A stretch of 64,000 bases of DNA from Spirochaetia bacterium. GTDB taxonomy: Bacteria > Spirochaetota > Spirochaetia > DSM-2461. The position numbers and the translations under genes are program-made. The notes under the pieces are model-generated. The model was not told the DNA's origin. It did not search any database and saw nothing but the letters and a program-made list of their open reading frames with translations. Below, in pieces: positions 10,708 through 20,166 of this stretch. Positions within the stretch are counted from its first letter, which is position 1. Each line of letters opens with the position of its first letter. The stretch covers positions 864,001 through 928,000 of the forward strand of contig CAXXIA010000001.1 of NCBI GenBank assembly GCA_963666985.2, read 5' to 3'.

Positions 10708-11835
10708 ATGGTTCCCATGATAGAAATTCGCTCAAAAGACTCGGAATCCCATGCCCGCACGGGGGTCTTGAAACTCCCCAGAGGAGATGTCCGGACACCC
10801 GCGTTCATGCCGGTGGGAACCGCCGGAACCGTTAAGGCAATGCTGCACAGTTCCATCGCGGACATCGGATTCAATCTTATCCTCGGAAATACGTATCACC
10901 TCTATTTAAGACCCGGTATGGACGTTATTTCCGCTTACGGCGGTTTGCATGAGTTCTCATCCTGGAAGGGCAATATCCTCACGGATTCCGGAGGATTCCA
11001 AGTGTTTTCCCTCGCGCCGTTTCGAAAGATCGACGATGAGGGTGTAACCTTCCGATCTCATATCGACGGTTCAAAACATACCCTCACTCCCGAAAAGGTT
11101 GTTGATATCCAAACCATCCTCGGAAGCGATATTCAGATGCAGCTCGATGTCTGCACACCGCCGGGAATCGACTTCACCGAAGCGGAGAAGGCCTTAAAAT
11201 TAACCACGGAATGGGCAAAAAGAGCCCGGATTAGGCGCGCTGAAAAACCCGAATCCTATCGCGGTTCGCTCTTCGGAATTGTTCAGGGAAATTTTTTCGA
11301 GGATTTAAGGAAAAGAAGCGCCGAAGAACTCTGCGAATTGGATCTGCCCGGATACGCCATCGGCGGACTTTCCGTGGGAGAAGACCCTTCCGTATTCCGT
11401 GATTTTCTTCATTATACGGCCAATCTCCTGCCCGAGGAGAAACCCAGATATGTTATGGGCATCGGCACGCCCGATTACATGCTTGAGGCCGTTGAAGCGG
11501 GTATCGATGTTTTCGACTGCGTTTATCCGACTCGTGTGGCGCGAAACGGCACCTGCTTTACACCCGACGGAATGCTGAATTTGAAAAACGCTCAATTTAA
11601 AAACGACCGAGGACCCATTGTCGAAGGCTGTTCCTGCCCGGCCTGCACGCGCTACAGCAGGGGATATCTGCGACATCTCTTTGCCGCAAAAGAAATCCTG
11701 GGCCCCATGCTGGTAACATACCACAACCTTCAGTTTCTCTATGACATGATGGAGGCCTCTCGCCGCGCCATTGAGTCAAATGAGTTTTTAAAATTTAAGA
11801 ATTCGTTCCTTTCTTCGTTCGGAGGGAAAACTTGA
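10708..11835 (+). CDS. tgt: Queuine tRNA-ribosyltransferase
   Basis: TPAFMPVGT, NTYHLYLRPG, LTDSGGFQVFSL, GCSCPAC zinc site; start could be 10717. Confidence 0.97.
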   Translation: MVPMIEIRSKDSESHARTGVLKLPRGDVRTPAFMPVGTAGTVKAMLHSSIADIGFNLILGNTYHLYLRPGMDVISAYGGLHEFSSWKGNILTDSGGFQVFSLAPFRKIDDEGVTFRSHIDGSKHTLTPEKVVDIQTILGSDIQMQLDVCTPPGIDFTEAEKALKLTTEWAKRARIRRAEKPESYRGSLFGIVQGNFFEDLRKRSAEELCELDLPGYAIGGLSVGEDPSVFRDFLHYTANLLPEEKPRYVMGIGTPDYMLEAVEAGIDVFDCVYPTRVARNGTCFTPDGMLNLKNAQFKNDRGPIVEGCSCPACTRYSRGYLRHLFAAKEILGPMLVTYHNLQFLYDMMEASRRAIESNEFLKFKNSFLSSFGGKT

Positions 11836-13415
11836 ACGATTCCGCTCAGCATCGGAAAAGCGCCGTATCCACCGTATTGGTAATGAGCTGTACATTCCTC
11901 AGCCGAATTATGGGATTCGTCAGAACGGCGCTTATTGCGGCGTTTTTCGGAGCCAAAGGCGACGCGGATGTTGTGAATCTGGTTTTTTCCATTCCCAACA
12001 ATTTAAGGAAACTCCTTGCCGAAGGAGCCATATCCTCGGCTTTCATACCGGAGTTATCCGGAGAAATCGAAGCCGATCCGTCTCTTGCCGGAGCAAAAGC
12101 TTTGGCCAAACGGATTCTCGGTCTGCAGTGCATAATCATCCTTCCCATTTTACTCATTTCATTGCTTTTTCCCGAAGGCGTACTCATCCTTTTCGAGGGA
12201 TTCGCGGATCCGGCGAAAAAGGAACTCAGTATTGTTCTCTTCCGCTGGATGATTCCGTATCTTTTTTTCGTCAGCGTCAGCGCCATAATGATGGCGGTTC
12301 TCAATACGCATTTCAGATTTTTCATTCCGGCGATAACGCCCATCGTTTTTTCAATTGCCGTTATCGGTTCTTTGATTACAACGCATGGAAAGCTCGGGGC
12401 CGTATCCATCGGAATCGGCGTTTTTATCGGCGGTCTGCTCCAGATCGCCGTTCAGTATCCGCTGTTCCGTAAACTGCGGTATTCGCTGCTTCCTTCCTTT
12501 CGGTTTTCCAGCGATGCGTTTCAGAGGCTTCTTCGACGATGGGGCCCCATGCTTCTGACGTCTTCTTTGTTTTACATCAACAGCTGGCTTGCCGTACGCC
12601 TTGCCACCATCCTCCCGGACGGAAGCACTTCCGCGCTTTCAAACGCAATTGTGTTTTATCAGCTTCCCTTCGGTCTTTTTTCGGCATCCATAACAACCGT
12701 CCTTTATCCTCGCATGAGCCGATTCGCCGCTTCGGGGAATTTTAAAGGAGTTGTTGAGAGTTTGGGATTCGGATACAGAAACCTCTGGGCGCTTCTTTTA
12801 CCGTCGGCGATGCTGATGATACTCCTCGGAGAACCTATTGTCGCGGTGGCATTTCAAAGAGGAGCCTTTACGGCGGATGATGTCCAAAAAACGATTCGAG
12901 TTCTTACGGCCTATTCGGTCGGGATGCCGTTTGTCGGATTATTCAATATCACCCAACGATCCCTTTACGCCATAGGCAGGGTTCGAGAACCTTTTTTATG
13001 CGCTCTTGCCGCGGTCGCTCTTGATGTAACCTTCTCGCTTCTCTCCGTTTTTGTCTTTCATTGGCCGGTGGAAGCCCTTGCCTGGGCAAACTCGGTCGCC
13101 TTCTTGTTCGGGGCCTCTCTACAGTATGTCGTTATGGGGAAAGTCTCCGGATTTACGCTCGCCGGAAAAACGGTGACGACGTTCCTGAAAGTAATCTTCG
13201 CAACCGCTGCGGGTGCTTGCTTTATCGTTCTCTCTTTTCAAGTTCTCGGAACACATTGGTGGAGCGGGGGAAGCACCTGGAAGGGATTTGGGATTTTAGC
13301 CGCTGTTGCGGCTCTTACGGCCGGTGTTGTTCTTCTTCTCTATTTCTGGATGAATATAGAAACCGTGTCTATAATCCTGAAAAGGGGAGAGGGCGCAAAA
13401 AATGACCGGCAATAG
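11832..13415 (+). CDS. murJ: Lipid II flippase MurJ (MviN)
   Basis: SRIMGFVR...IPNNLRKLLAEGAISSAFIP motif; multi-TM protein. Confidence 0.93.
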   Translation: MNDSAQHRKSAVSTVLVMSCTFLSRIMGFVRTALIAAFFGAKGDADVVNLVFSIPNNLRKLLAEGAISSAFIPELSGEIEADPSLAGAKALAKRILGLQCIIILPILLISLLFPEGVLILFEGFADPAKKELSIVLFRWMIPYLFFVSVSAIMMAVLNTHFRFFIPAITPIVFSIAVIGSLITTHGKLGAVSIGIGVFIGGLLQIAVQYPLFRKLRYSLLPSFRFSSDAFQRLLRRWGPMLLTSSLFYINSWLAVRLATILPDGSTSALSNAIVFYQLPFGLFSASITTVLYPRMSRFAASGNFKGVVESLGFGYRNLWALLLPSAMLMILLGEPIVAVAFQRGAFTADDVQKTIRVLTAYSVGMPFVGLFNITQRSLYAIGRVREPFLCALAAVALDVTFSLLSVFVFHWPVEALAWANSVAFLFGASLQYVVMGKVSGFTLAGKTVTTFLKVIFATAAGACFIVLSFQVLGTHWWSGGSTWKGFGILAAVAALTAGVVLLLYFWMNIETVSIILKRGEGAKNDRQ

Positions 13416-14793
13416 AATCCCGAATAAGAATTTCATCCGTTTGATCCTCGCGGCGTTTCTGGTTATCTCGGCGTTTTCCGAAGCGGCCTCGGAAGAAAGC
13501 GGCGATACCGAGAAAGAACTGGAAGAAAAGCGAAAAGAAACCGAAGACGTTCTCAAATTCGGTATCGACAGCGAAGTCTTAACCGTTCTCGGCAACCTTA
13601 AAAGCGAAAAAGACGCCTCTTTTAATGATCTGCTGACAAAAATTTACACGGAAAGCAGATATACATCGATCAAACAGGAAATCATCAGACTTTGGAACGA
13701 TACGGAGTACGAGGACGGATTGCCGTTCGCTCATGAAGAGATTCGGAAAGTCGTTGAAGATGAAGATTTCGAGCCGCCGCTTGTGAAAACCGCTCTTTCT
13801 TATATCGCCGTGATGCATTATGAGGAGGCGAGTCCCGAGCTGACGATTCTTACCGATTACAGAGACGATGAAATCGCGGCCGCGGCGATACGAGCCGTCG
13901 GGGCCGTCGGAACCACCGGGAATGAGGCGGTTGGAGAAGGGCTGTTGACTCGTCTGAAAAAAGAAGATCCCGCGGCGAACGAAGATCTCGTCGCCGCTCT
14001 GATTGTAACCCTCGGAGAAATCAAATATGAACCCGCCGCGCAAGAATTGGTCTATATCGCCGAAGATGAAGGCGCCTCGGCGGGACATCGCAGACTGGCT
14101 TGCGTTTCCATCGGGAAAATCGGACGGGAAGAAGATTTCTCGGTAGTGGAGAGGCTTTATTATGAATCCGACGATGCCATGCTGCGCGCGTATGCCCTGG
14201 CCGGTCTTGCCGAATTTACGGACAGAGATTCAAGCGACGTTCTCATCAGCGCTTTAAAGCGGGATTCCTTTTGGAAAATTCGTGTTACCGCGGCGCAGCA
14301 TATGGAAAGCGCCGAGGGCGATGATCTGGATGAAATGCTGCGCTATAAAGCCTCGCACGATCCTGTTAATCAAGTCAGAATCACTTCATTAAAGGCGCTT
14401 GGAATTCGGGCCGGTTCTGAAAACAATACGTACCTAATTGATTATTTCAGCGATAAAAGCCGCGGAATCGATTTAAGAATCGCCTGTTTGAATGTTCTTC
14501 TTGAGAATAAAACCTCGGGAACCGCGGATGCCGTAAAAAACGTTATGGATGAAGAATGGGATTCTCCCGGACGTTTTCTTGAATTCATCTGCCGTGAACT
14601 TTCAAGAGCCGAATGGAAAGCTCTCGCTCCTCTCTACGAAAAGATGCTGGATCATAAGAATTGGCTCATTCCCGTTTACGGAATTCGGGGAATAAGGAAG
14701 AACGGCATCCAATCGCTCGAAGGAAAAATCGCCGCCCTTGATGCGGACGGCGTGGACGGACGTATCAGGAGGGAAGTCACCGGCGGGAGTTAA
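13402..14793 (+). CDS. Exported HEAT-repeat protein
   Basis: Signal peptide; repeated helical units (AAAIRAVG, ALIVTLGEI, RAYALAGL, VRITSLKALG). Confidence 0.7.
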   Translation: MTGNRIPNKNFIRLILAAFLVISAFSEAASEESGDTEKELEEKRKETEDVLKFGIDSEVLTVLGNLKSEKDASFNDLLTKIYTESRYTSIKQEIIRLWNDTEYEDGLPFAHEEIRKVVEDEDFEPPLVKTALSYIAVMHYEEASPELTILTDYRDDEIAAAAIRAVGAVGTTGNEAVGEGLLTRLKKEDPAANEDLVAALIVTLGEIKYEPAAQELVYIAEDEGASAGHRRLACVSIGKIGREEDFSVVERLYYESDDAMLRAYALAGLAEFTDRDSSDVLISALKRDSFWKIRVTAAQHMESAEGDDLDEMLRYKASHDPVNQVRITSLKALGIRAGSENNTYLIDYFSDKSRGIDLRIACLNVLLENKTSGTADAVKNVMDEEWDSPGRFLEFICRELSRAEWKALAPLYEKMLDHKNWLIPVYGIRGIRKNGIQSLEGKIAALDADGVDGRIRREVTGGS

Positions 14794-14807
14794 TTCCCCT
14801 CCGGTGA
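14777..14807. terminator. Hairpin between convergent genes
   Basis: TCACCGG-CGGGAG-TTAA-TTCCC-CT-CCGGTGA; no clear U-tract. Confidence 0.35.
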
Positions 14808-14821
14808 GGCTTTCAAGAGCG

Positions 14822-17518
14822 CTATGAGAGTTCGATAGGTTCCACTTCTTTCACTGTATAGTTATAACGCCGATCGTTAATGGTAAAATCAAGCACATCA
14901 CCTTCAACCTTGCCCAAGAAAGCACTTCCGAACGGAGAAAGATAGGAAATAACCTTCTCCGAAGGATTGGATTCCCAAGGACCGAGTATGGTGAAGGAAT
15001 CTTCCTTTTTCTCAAGCAGATCTTCCAAAGTGATTTTTGTGGCGAAACTGATTTTTCCGGCGTCTCTGTCGTCTTCGGTATAAAGGCGGGCGCGTTCCAA
15101 ATCGTCAGTAAGCTTTCCCACTTGGATTTGAAGAGATTCCTGTTTTTCCTTGCCCGCTTTGTATTCCGCGTTTTCACTGAGGTCGCCGAGTTCGATGGCG
15201 GCTCCGATTTCTTTCGAGTTTTTGGGAATCTCCACTTCGACGATATTCTTAAGCTCTTTCTGTTTCGCCGTAAGGCTGGATTGCAGAGTAAAGAAATAGC
15301 GGCTTGATGTTGAAGTAATCGTTTCCGGCGATTTCTGATCGCCGAAGAAGCGAATTCCCGGAAAGGTTTTGACGATTTCCGAACGCAGATTTCTTATGGT
15401 AACAGGATCAATATCGTGGATATCGTCCAAAATGGTGAAAATTCGAACGGCCGATTTTTCATCGCCTTCGATTAAAAATTTCTGAAGACGCCCTTCTTTG
15501 AAGAGGAAATTTTGAATCTGACGGTTCAGCTTCCTGTTCAGGCTCACATCCCGCTTATTTTCAATATCGTTGAAGGTCAGTCCCAAAAGACGAATCAAGT
15601 TGATGAATATCTTTTCAATTTTAAGCCCGAGAGATATGAGCCAGCCGCTTTCAACCGCATGCTTGGCAATCCAGATAATGCCTTCACGGTATTCGCGGAA
15701 GTGTTCGACAATCTCCTCAAGCTTAGAGAGAACCTCATCCCTATATCCGGCCTTCAAAAGGTCGTCCAGCATGCTCCTGGAAAGCTGCACGGGGAAAAGA
15801 AGAAGGTAAATATCTTTCCACTCTTCGATGTCGCTTTTTACGGAACTTAAGAAATCCTTTCTCAGTTCCGAATCTTCCAACTGAGAAAAAATTTCCACCG
15901 GATTTTCAATATCGGACCAAAGTTCTTTGAATCCCCAGTCGAGCCCGGGGCTCAAAAATGTGAATTCTTTCGCCAAATGCGTTACGAAAAGATAACTGGC
16001 GACAACCTGAACGGAAACATTCCCCGATTTTAAAAACGACGTGAAATAGTCGAACATCTCGGCAAAAAACTCGGAATCCGGATCGCACTCGCTTAAGAAA
16101 TCCCGAACCGTTTGTATTTTCCCGAAGAAGTTCTTCTCGGCTTTAAACTGATTGAACGTTTTCTCTTCGAGACTCATCGGCTTATCGCGGACAACGAACT
16201 GATCCAGTTTATCGGGGACATTTCCAAAAACCGGGTCCGTTTTCAGAATCTTGCGGGCATCGGGACTCCAGCCGGACCATTCACTGGCGGTGAGGATGGT
16301 CGGAACGAGTTCGGCCTTGATTTTTTTCATGTCGGCGACATTGTCGAAGCTTTTGATAATCGTTTTCAGGGCCCAGGCTTTGTCCGTTTTTACCTTGGCT
16401 TTAAGCTTGTCCTTGGAGTGGATGCTCTTCAAAACCCAGATATGGTCCCGTGAAAGGCTCTGCAGGGCGCCGACGGCCATTTTAAGAGACATGGTATGAT
16501 CTCGGTTTTTGGCAAAGTCGATCGTAATTTCATCGCCTTTGATGCCTTTGATAATCCCGACACCCCAGGTTTTATGAAACACGAAACTGCCGGCGTCGAA
16601 AGAAATATGCTTCTCGAAATCCGCGATGGCTTCGAGAACGTTTCTCCAGTTTTGATTCAGGTTGGAGAGCCGGATATATTCTTCAAGCTGACTGTGATCG
16701 GCATACTGCGCCCTGTAGCACTGGATGATTTCCTGACGGGCCCAGTTGTTTCTTCCGTCGTAGTTCAGAATCCGTTTGAGCACTTCGATGGCCGTATCCC
16801 ATTCTTCCCGATCCTTAATCGCCGGGTAGAGTTCCTCAAGAAGGCTCACGGCTCTTTCGACGCTCATTGATTTGGCGACTTTCTTTTCAATAAGGAAGAA
16901 GAATTCGTAATCATCCACGCCATGTTCAACGAGCTTCTGCCAAATGTCCCGAACATGATTGAAAAGGTTCTTGTTTACGTATCTGTGAATGGCCTTTCGG
17001 TAGTAAAGAACGGCGCCTTCGATGTCGTCATTCGCCTCACGCTTCTCGGCGAGACGGCGGACGATATCCGCTTCGGAATAGTCGACTTTGATCAGACGTT
17101 CCCACGCCTCAAACATATCGTCTTGTCTGTTTAAGTGCTCCAGAGTCTCCGCGAGAGTTCTTAAAGCATCTTTATTTTCACCGAAATCGAGAATGCGGCG
17201 ACACAGATATTCAACGGCGCTCCATTTATGGTTATCCGAGAAAATTCCAATAAGATTCAGCAGATGAGTATCATCGACTTGCTGTTTCCGAAGAGATACG
17301 ACGCCGGAAATGTAGAGAGCCACGATACTGTTTTTCGTATGCTCAAGGTGTTCCAGGCATAATTCCTGCACTTCGTCGTGAGCTTCACCCGTGATGACCT
17401 CTTCGATGACTTTATCGAGTTCTTTGAAATTCCCGACGGCATAATCATTAAGCGTGGCGCGAGTCCACTTTTCTTCATTGAGCATACCGCTGATTCGTTC
17501 GATGATTTTATCAGGCAT
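14822..17518 (-). CDS. greA: Transcription elongation factor GreA, long spirochaete type
   Basis: C-terminal GreA domain (EIGAAIELGDLSENAEYKA, ISYLSPFG); ~740-aa helical N-terminal extension; SD GGAGG before ATG 17518. Confidence 0.92.
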   Translation of the reverse strand: MPDKIIERISGMLNEEKWTRATLNDYAVGNFKELDKVIEEVITGEAHDEVQELCLEHLEHTKNSIVALYISGVVSLRKQQVDDTHLLNLIGIFSDNHKWSAVEYLCRRILDFGENKDALRTLAETLEHLNRQDDMFEAWERLIKVDYSEADIVRRLAEKREANDDIEGAVLYYRKAIHRYVNKNLFNHVRDIWQKLVEHGVDDYEFFFLIEKKVAKSMSVERAVSLLEELYPAIKDREEWDTAIEVLKRILNYDGRNNWARQEIIQCYRAQYADHSQLEEYIRLSNLNQNWRNVLEAIADFEKHISFDAGSFVFHKTWGVGIIKGIKGDEITIDFAKNRDHTMSLKMAVGALQSLSRDHIWVLKSIHSKDKLKAKVKTDKAWALKTIIKSFDNVADMKKIKAELVPTILTASEWSGWSPDARKILKTDPVFGNVPDKLDQFVVRDKPMSLEEKTFNQFKAEKNFFGKIQTVRDFLSECDPDSEFFAEMFDYFTSFLKSGNVSVQVVASYLFVTHLAKEFTFLSPGLDWGFKELWSDIENPVEIFSQLEDSELRKDFLSSVKSDIEEWKDIYLLLFPVQLSRSMLDDLLKAGYRDEVLSKLEEIVEHFREYREGIIWIAKHAVESGWLISLGLKIEKIFINLIRLLGLTFNDIENKRDVSLNRKLNRQIQNFLFKEGRLQKFLIEGDEKSAVRIFTILDDIHDIDPVTIRNLRSEIVKTFPGIRFFGDQKSPETITSTSSRYFFTLQSSLTAKQKELKNIVEVEIPKNSKEIGAAIELGDLSENAEYKAGKEKQESLQIQVGKLTDDLERARLYTEDDRDAGKISFATKITLEDLLEKKEDSFTILGPWESNPSEKVISYLSPFGSAFLGKVEGDVLDFTINDRRYNYTVKEVEPIELS

Positions 17519-17583
17519 TGTGCCTCCCAAACGCGTATTGTCGTCGGTTCCGAATGAATCCGGATCGTGTCCGGCTTTCATCA

Positions 17584-18531
17584 TCAACCGTAATATTCTT
17601 TGTAAATCGACGGAGAGAGGAGCTTGATCTCAATCAACGCTTCGTCAATCGCCGTTCTGTCCGTCCCAGCCGATCTGTAATATGCGATAAGCCGGAAATA
17701 ACGGTTTATCAGTCTCGGGGTAAGGCACTTGTGCACATCACCGTCGGCAATTTCATTTTTCAATGCGTAAATCGATTGCTTCAGTTTCCCGTATTCAACG
17801 GGACTGAGTTCACGACTTACGTCAAGGACCCCCCAAATTTCTCCATAAACAGGAAGCCATTCACGGAAATCGGGACCGTTCGGATCAACGGCGGTCCCGG
17901 TTCTCTCGATAAGACGCCGAAAAAGCGGTGAGGCGATTTCGTCCTGTTCGATGCTTCCGGCATCAAGGAACATCGCCTCGCGCATCATAACTTTCGCCGC
18001 CTTCGTTTCTCCGATGAGAGCATACGCATCAGCCAATTCGGCGAGCACCCGAGAATCCGTTCGTCCGTCGCCGGAAAGGGCTTCTTCATAGGCGGCGATG
18101 CAATCCTCATATCGTCCAAGGGCTTTCTGACATCGTCCCGCCTGAAGATAAGCCTCGGTATCGTTACCGGAGGCGCTTCGCCGTGAATAACAGTCAATGG
18201 CGCGTCCCAGAACGCACTTCTTCAGACGGTCCGCACCCTCCTGCATGGGATGCTCCAGACCTTTGGAATAACGATCGGCAAAATGCTTCCATTGGCGGCG
18301 GAGATAATCGCCGCGCGTACCGTCGTCGTCGAGCGCATCCAAATTCCGCATGCGTTCAGCCCAAAAACCGCATGCTCTTAAAGCCGAACGAACTTCCCTG
18401 TCTTCGAAATCCCGTGCGTGGGCTTCATCGAGAAGAGTCCGCGCACCGGAAAAATCACCGGCTTCAAAAAGATGATAACTCCTGGATAAAAGATCGTCGA
18501 TTTCGGAGTTTCGCTCTTTTTTAACCAGCAT
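17584..18531 (-). CDS. TPR-containing protein upstream of greA
   Basis: TPR-like helices (AYLQAGRCQKALGRYEDCIAAYEEAL); start placed at ATG 18531 because of the upstream promoter. Confidence 0.75.
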   Translation of the reverse strand: MLVKKERNSEIDDLLSRSYHLFEAGDFSGARTLLDEAHARDFEDREVRSALRACGFWAERMRNLDALDDDGTRGDYLRRQWKHFADRYSKGLEHPMQEGADRLKKCVLGRAIDCYSRRSASGNDTEAYLQAGRCQKALGRYEDCIAAYEEALSGDGRTDSRVLAELADAYALIGETKAAKVMMREAMFLDAGSIEQDEIASPLFRRLIERTGTAVDPNGPDFREWLPVYGEIWGVLDVSRELSPVEYGKLKQSIYALKNEIADGDVHKCLTPRLINRYFRLIAYYRSAGTDRTAIDEALIEIKLLSPSIYKEYYG

Positions 18532-18554
18532 TTTAATCCGTTGGCCCTTAGAAC

Positions 18555-18584
18555 AGTATATCCATTTCAATGGATTTGAGTCAA
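18555..18584 (-). promoter_or_regulatory. Putative sigma70 promoter for TPR-greA
   Basis: Minus strand TTGACT-18 nt-TATACT. Confidence 0.55.
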
Positions 18585-18596
18585 CAAACGGACGGC

Positions 18597-18625
18597 TTGG
18601 ACATATAAGCCAAGCATTCTATAAT
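18597..18625 (+). promoter_or_regulatory. Putative sigma70 promoter for rpe (leaderless geometry)
   Basis: TTGGAC-17 nt-TATAAT, 7 nt before ATG 18633. Confidence 0.6.
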
Positions 18626-18632
18626 CCTTTTC

Positions 18633-19304
18633 ATGGCAGAAAAAAAGAGGTTGATCGCCCCTTCGGTCCTTGCCGCGGATTTTACACGAATTGCGGACGC
18701 TTTAACGCTCGCCGAGACGGCCGGCGCCGATTGGATTCATCTTGATGTAATGGACGGCGTTTTCGTTCCCCCCATAACCTTCGGAGCCCAAATGGCCGCG
18801 GCCGTGAGAACGAAAACAAGCCTTGAGCTCGATGCGCATCTAATGACGGTGAATCCGTCGGCGCAGCTTGATTTTTTCGTCGATGCCGGAGTGGACCGAT
18901 TCACGTTTCATGCGGAAGCTGAAATTCATTCCCATCGTCTGGTCGAAAGAGTAAAATCCCGGGGGCTCAAAGCGGGAATTTCCATCGTGCCCTCAACACC
19001 GATTGAAGCGATAATCGAGATTATGGGAATCGTCGATCAAATCCTGGTGATGACCGTAAACCCGGGGTACGGCGGTCAATCGCTTATCGATTCGACTTTG
19101 GACAAGATCCGCCGAATACGTGAAATCCGCGAAAAGAAAAATCTCGGATTCCTTATTGAAATGGACGGCGGATTCGGCCCGTCGACGGCCGCCCGGATTT
19201 GGGAAGCGGGCATTGATGCGGCCGTTATGGGTTCGGCTTTTTTCGGCGCCGACGATCCGAAAAAAGCCTTGGAATTATGCCGAAACGCCAAGCGGATTTC
19301 ATGA
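18633..19304 (+). CDS. rpe: Ribulose-phosphate 3-epimerase
   Basis: IAPSVLAADF, HLDVMDG, DAHLM, MTVNPGYGGQ, DGG motifs. Confidence 0.97.
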   Translation: MAEKKRLIAPSVLAADFTRIADALTLAETAGADWIHLDVMDGVFVPPITFGAQMAAAVRTKTSLELDAHLMTVNPSAQLDFFVDAGVDRFTFHAEAEIHSHRLVERVKSRGLKAGISIVPSTPIEAIIEIMGIVDQILVMTVNPGYGGQSLIDSTLDKIRRIREIREKKNLGFLIEMDGGFGPSTAARIWEAGIDAAVMGSAFFGADDPKKALELCRNAKRIS

Positions 19305-19359
19305 GCCGGCTCAAGGGATTGCTTATCACGAGCCGATAACGAAAAAGAGGGGGAATTCC

Positions 19360-20166
19360 GTGCGTCGGATTATTCAAATGACCATCCTCTTGCTCCTGCC
19401 TCTTACCTGTGTTTCCGCTCAGGTAATTGTCGACGACGCCCTTCTGCGCCGCGGCTTGGAATCTTTACGAAGAGGTCAATACGTATCCGCGGCCGGAGAT
19501 TTTGAGAATGTCCTTTCCAACGAATCTCTGCTTCCGTTTCATTCGGACGCTCTTTATTGGCTCGTTAAAGCCGATATAGCCTTAAAAGATTACGGCAAAG
19601 CGGCTGAAGAAGCCGACCGATTTCTAATTTTTTATGCCGGAGATGAAAGAGAAGGGGAAATCCTCTATCAGCGGGCCAGACTCCTCCATCTTGAAGGTGA
19701 GCCGGATAAAGCCATAGCGGCGCTAAACGGTTTTATGGCCTCGCATCCCGAATCTCCTTTCTTTTCTTCGGCGTTGTATTGGATCGGAGAATCTCTGATC
19801 GAACTGGGAAGGCTTGAAGAAGCCGATGCGATTTTCAGCGAACTTTTGGAGAATCATCCGACGAGCGTTAAAAGGGAAGCCGCCGAGTATCGAAAAAGCG
19901 AAATCGCACTCCTTTTTCGCGAAAAAGAACTTCTGGACCTCTTAAAGTGGAGCCATGAGGAATATCTGCGCGATGCGGAAGATTTTTATCGCCGTGAATC
20001 CGAATACAGGGATGCCCTTTTATCCTACAAACAGAGGATGGGAGATGGTACGCAGGAAGAAATCGCCGCGGCATATAAATCTCGTCTTCTCGACGCGAAA
20101 GAACGTCTTTTGGCCGTGCAGAAATATTATATCGACCGGCTGATGGAGCTCTCCGATGTCCGTTAG
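19360..20166 (+). CDS. Exported TPR protein (YbgF/BamD-like fold)
   Basis: Signal peptide, TPR repeats (ALYWLVKA, ALYWIGES); GTG 19360 after GAGGGGG. Confidence 0.7.
   Translation: MRRIIQMTILLLLPLTCVSAQVIVDDALLRRGLESLRRGQYVSAAGDFENVLSNESLLPFHSDALYWLVKADIALKDYGKAAEEADRFLIFYAGDEREGEILYQRARLLHLEGEPDKAIAALNGFMASHPESPFFSSALYWIGESLIELGRLEEADAIFSELLENHPTSVKREAAEYRKSEIALLFREKELLDLLKWSHEEYLRDAEDFYRRESEYRDALLSYKQRMGDGTQEEIAAAYKSRLLDAKERLLAVQKYYIDRLMELSDVR

Noticed and set aside
19120..19359. N-terminal extension of the TPR ORF overlapping rpe
   Set aside because: A better start with SD sequence and signal peptide exists at GTG 19360; the same reasoning applies to the extended starts of lptF, lptG, tgt, greA and dut
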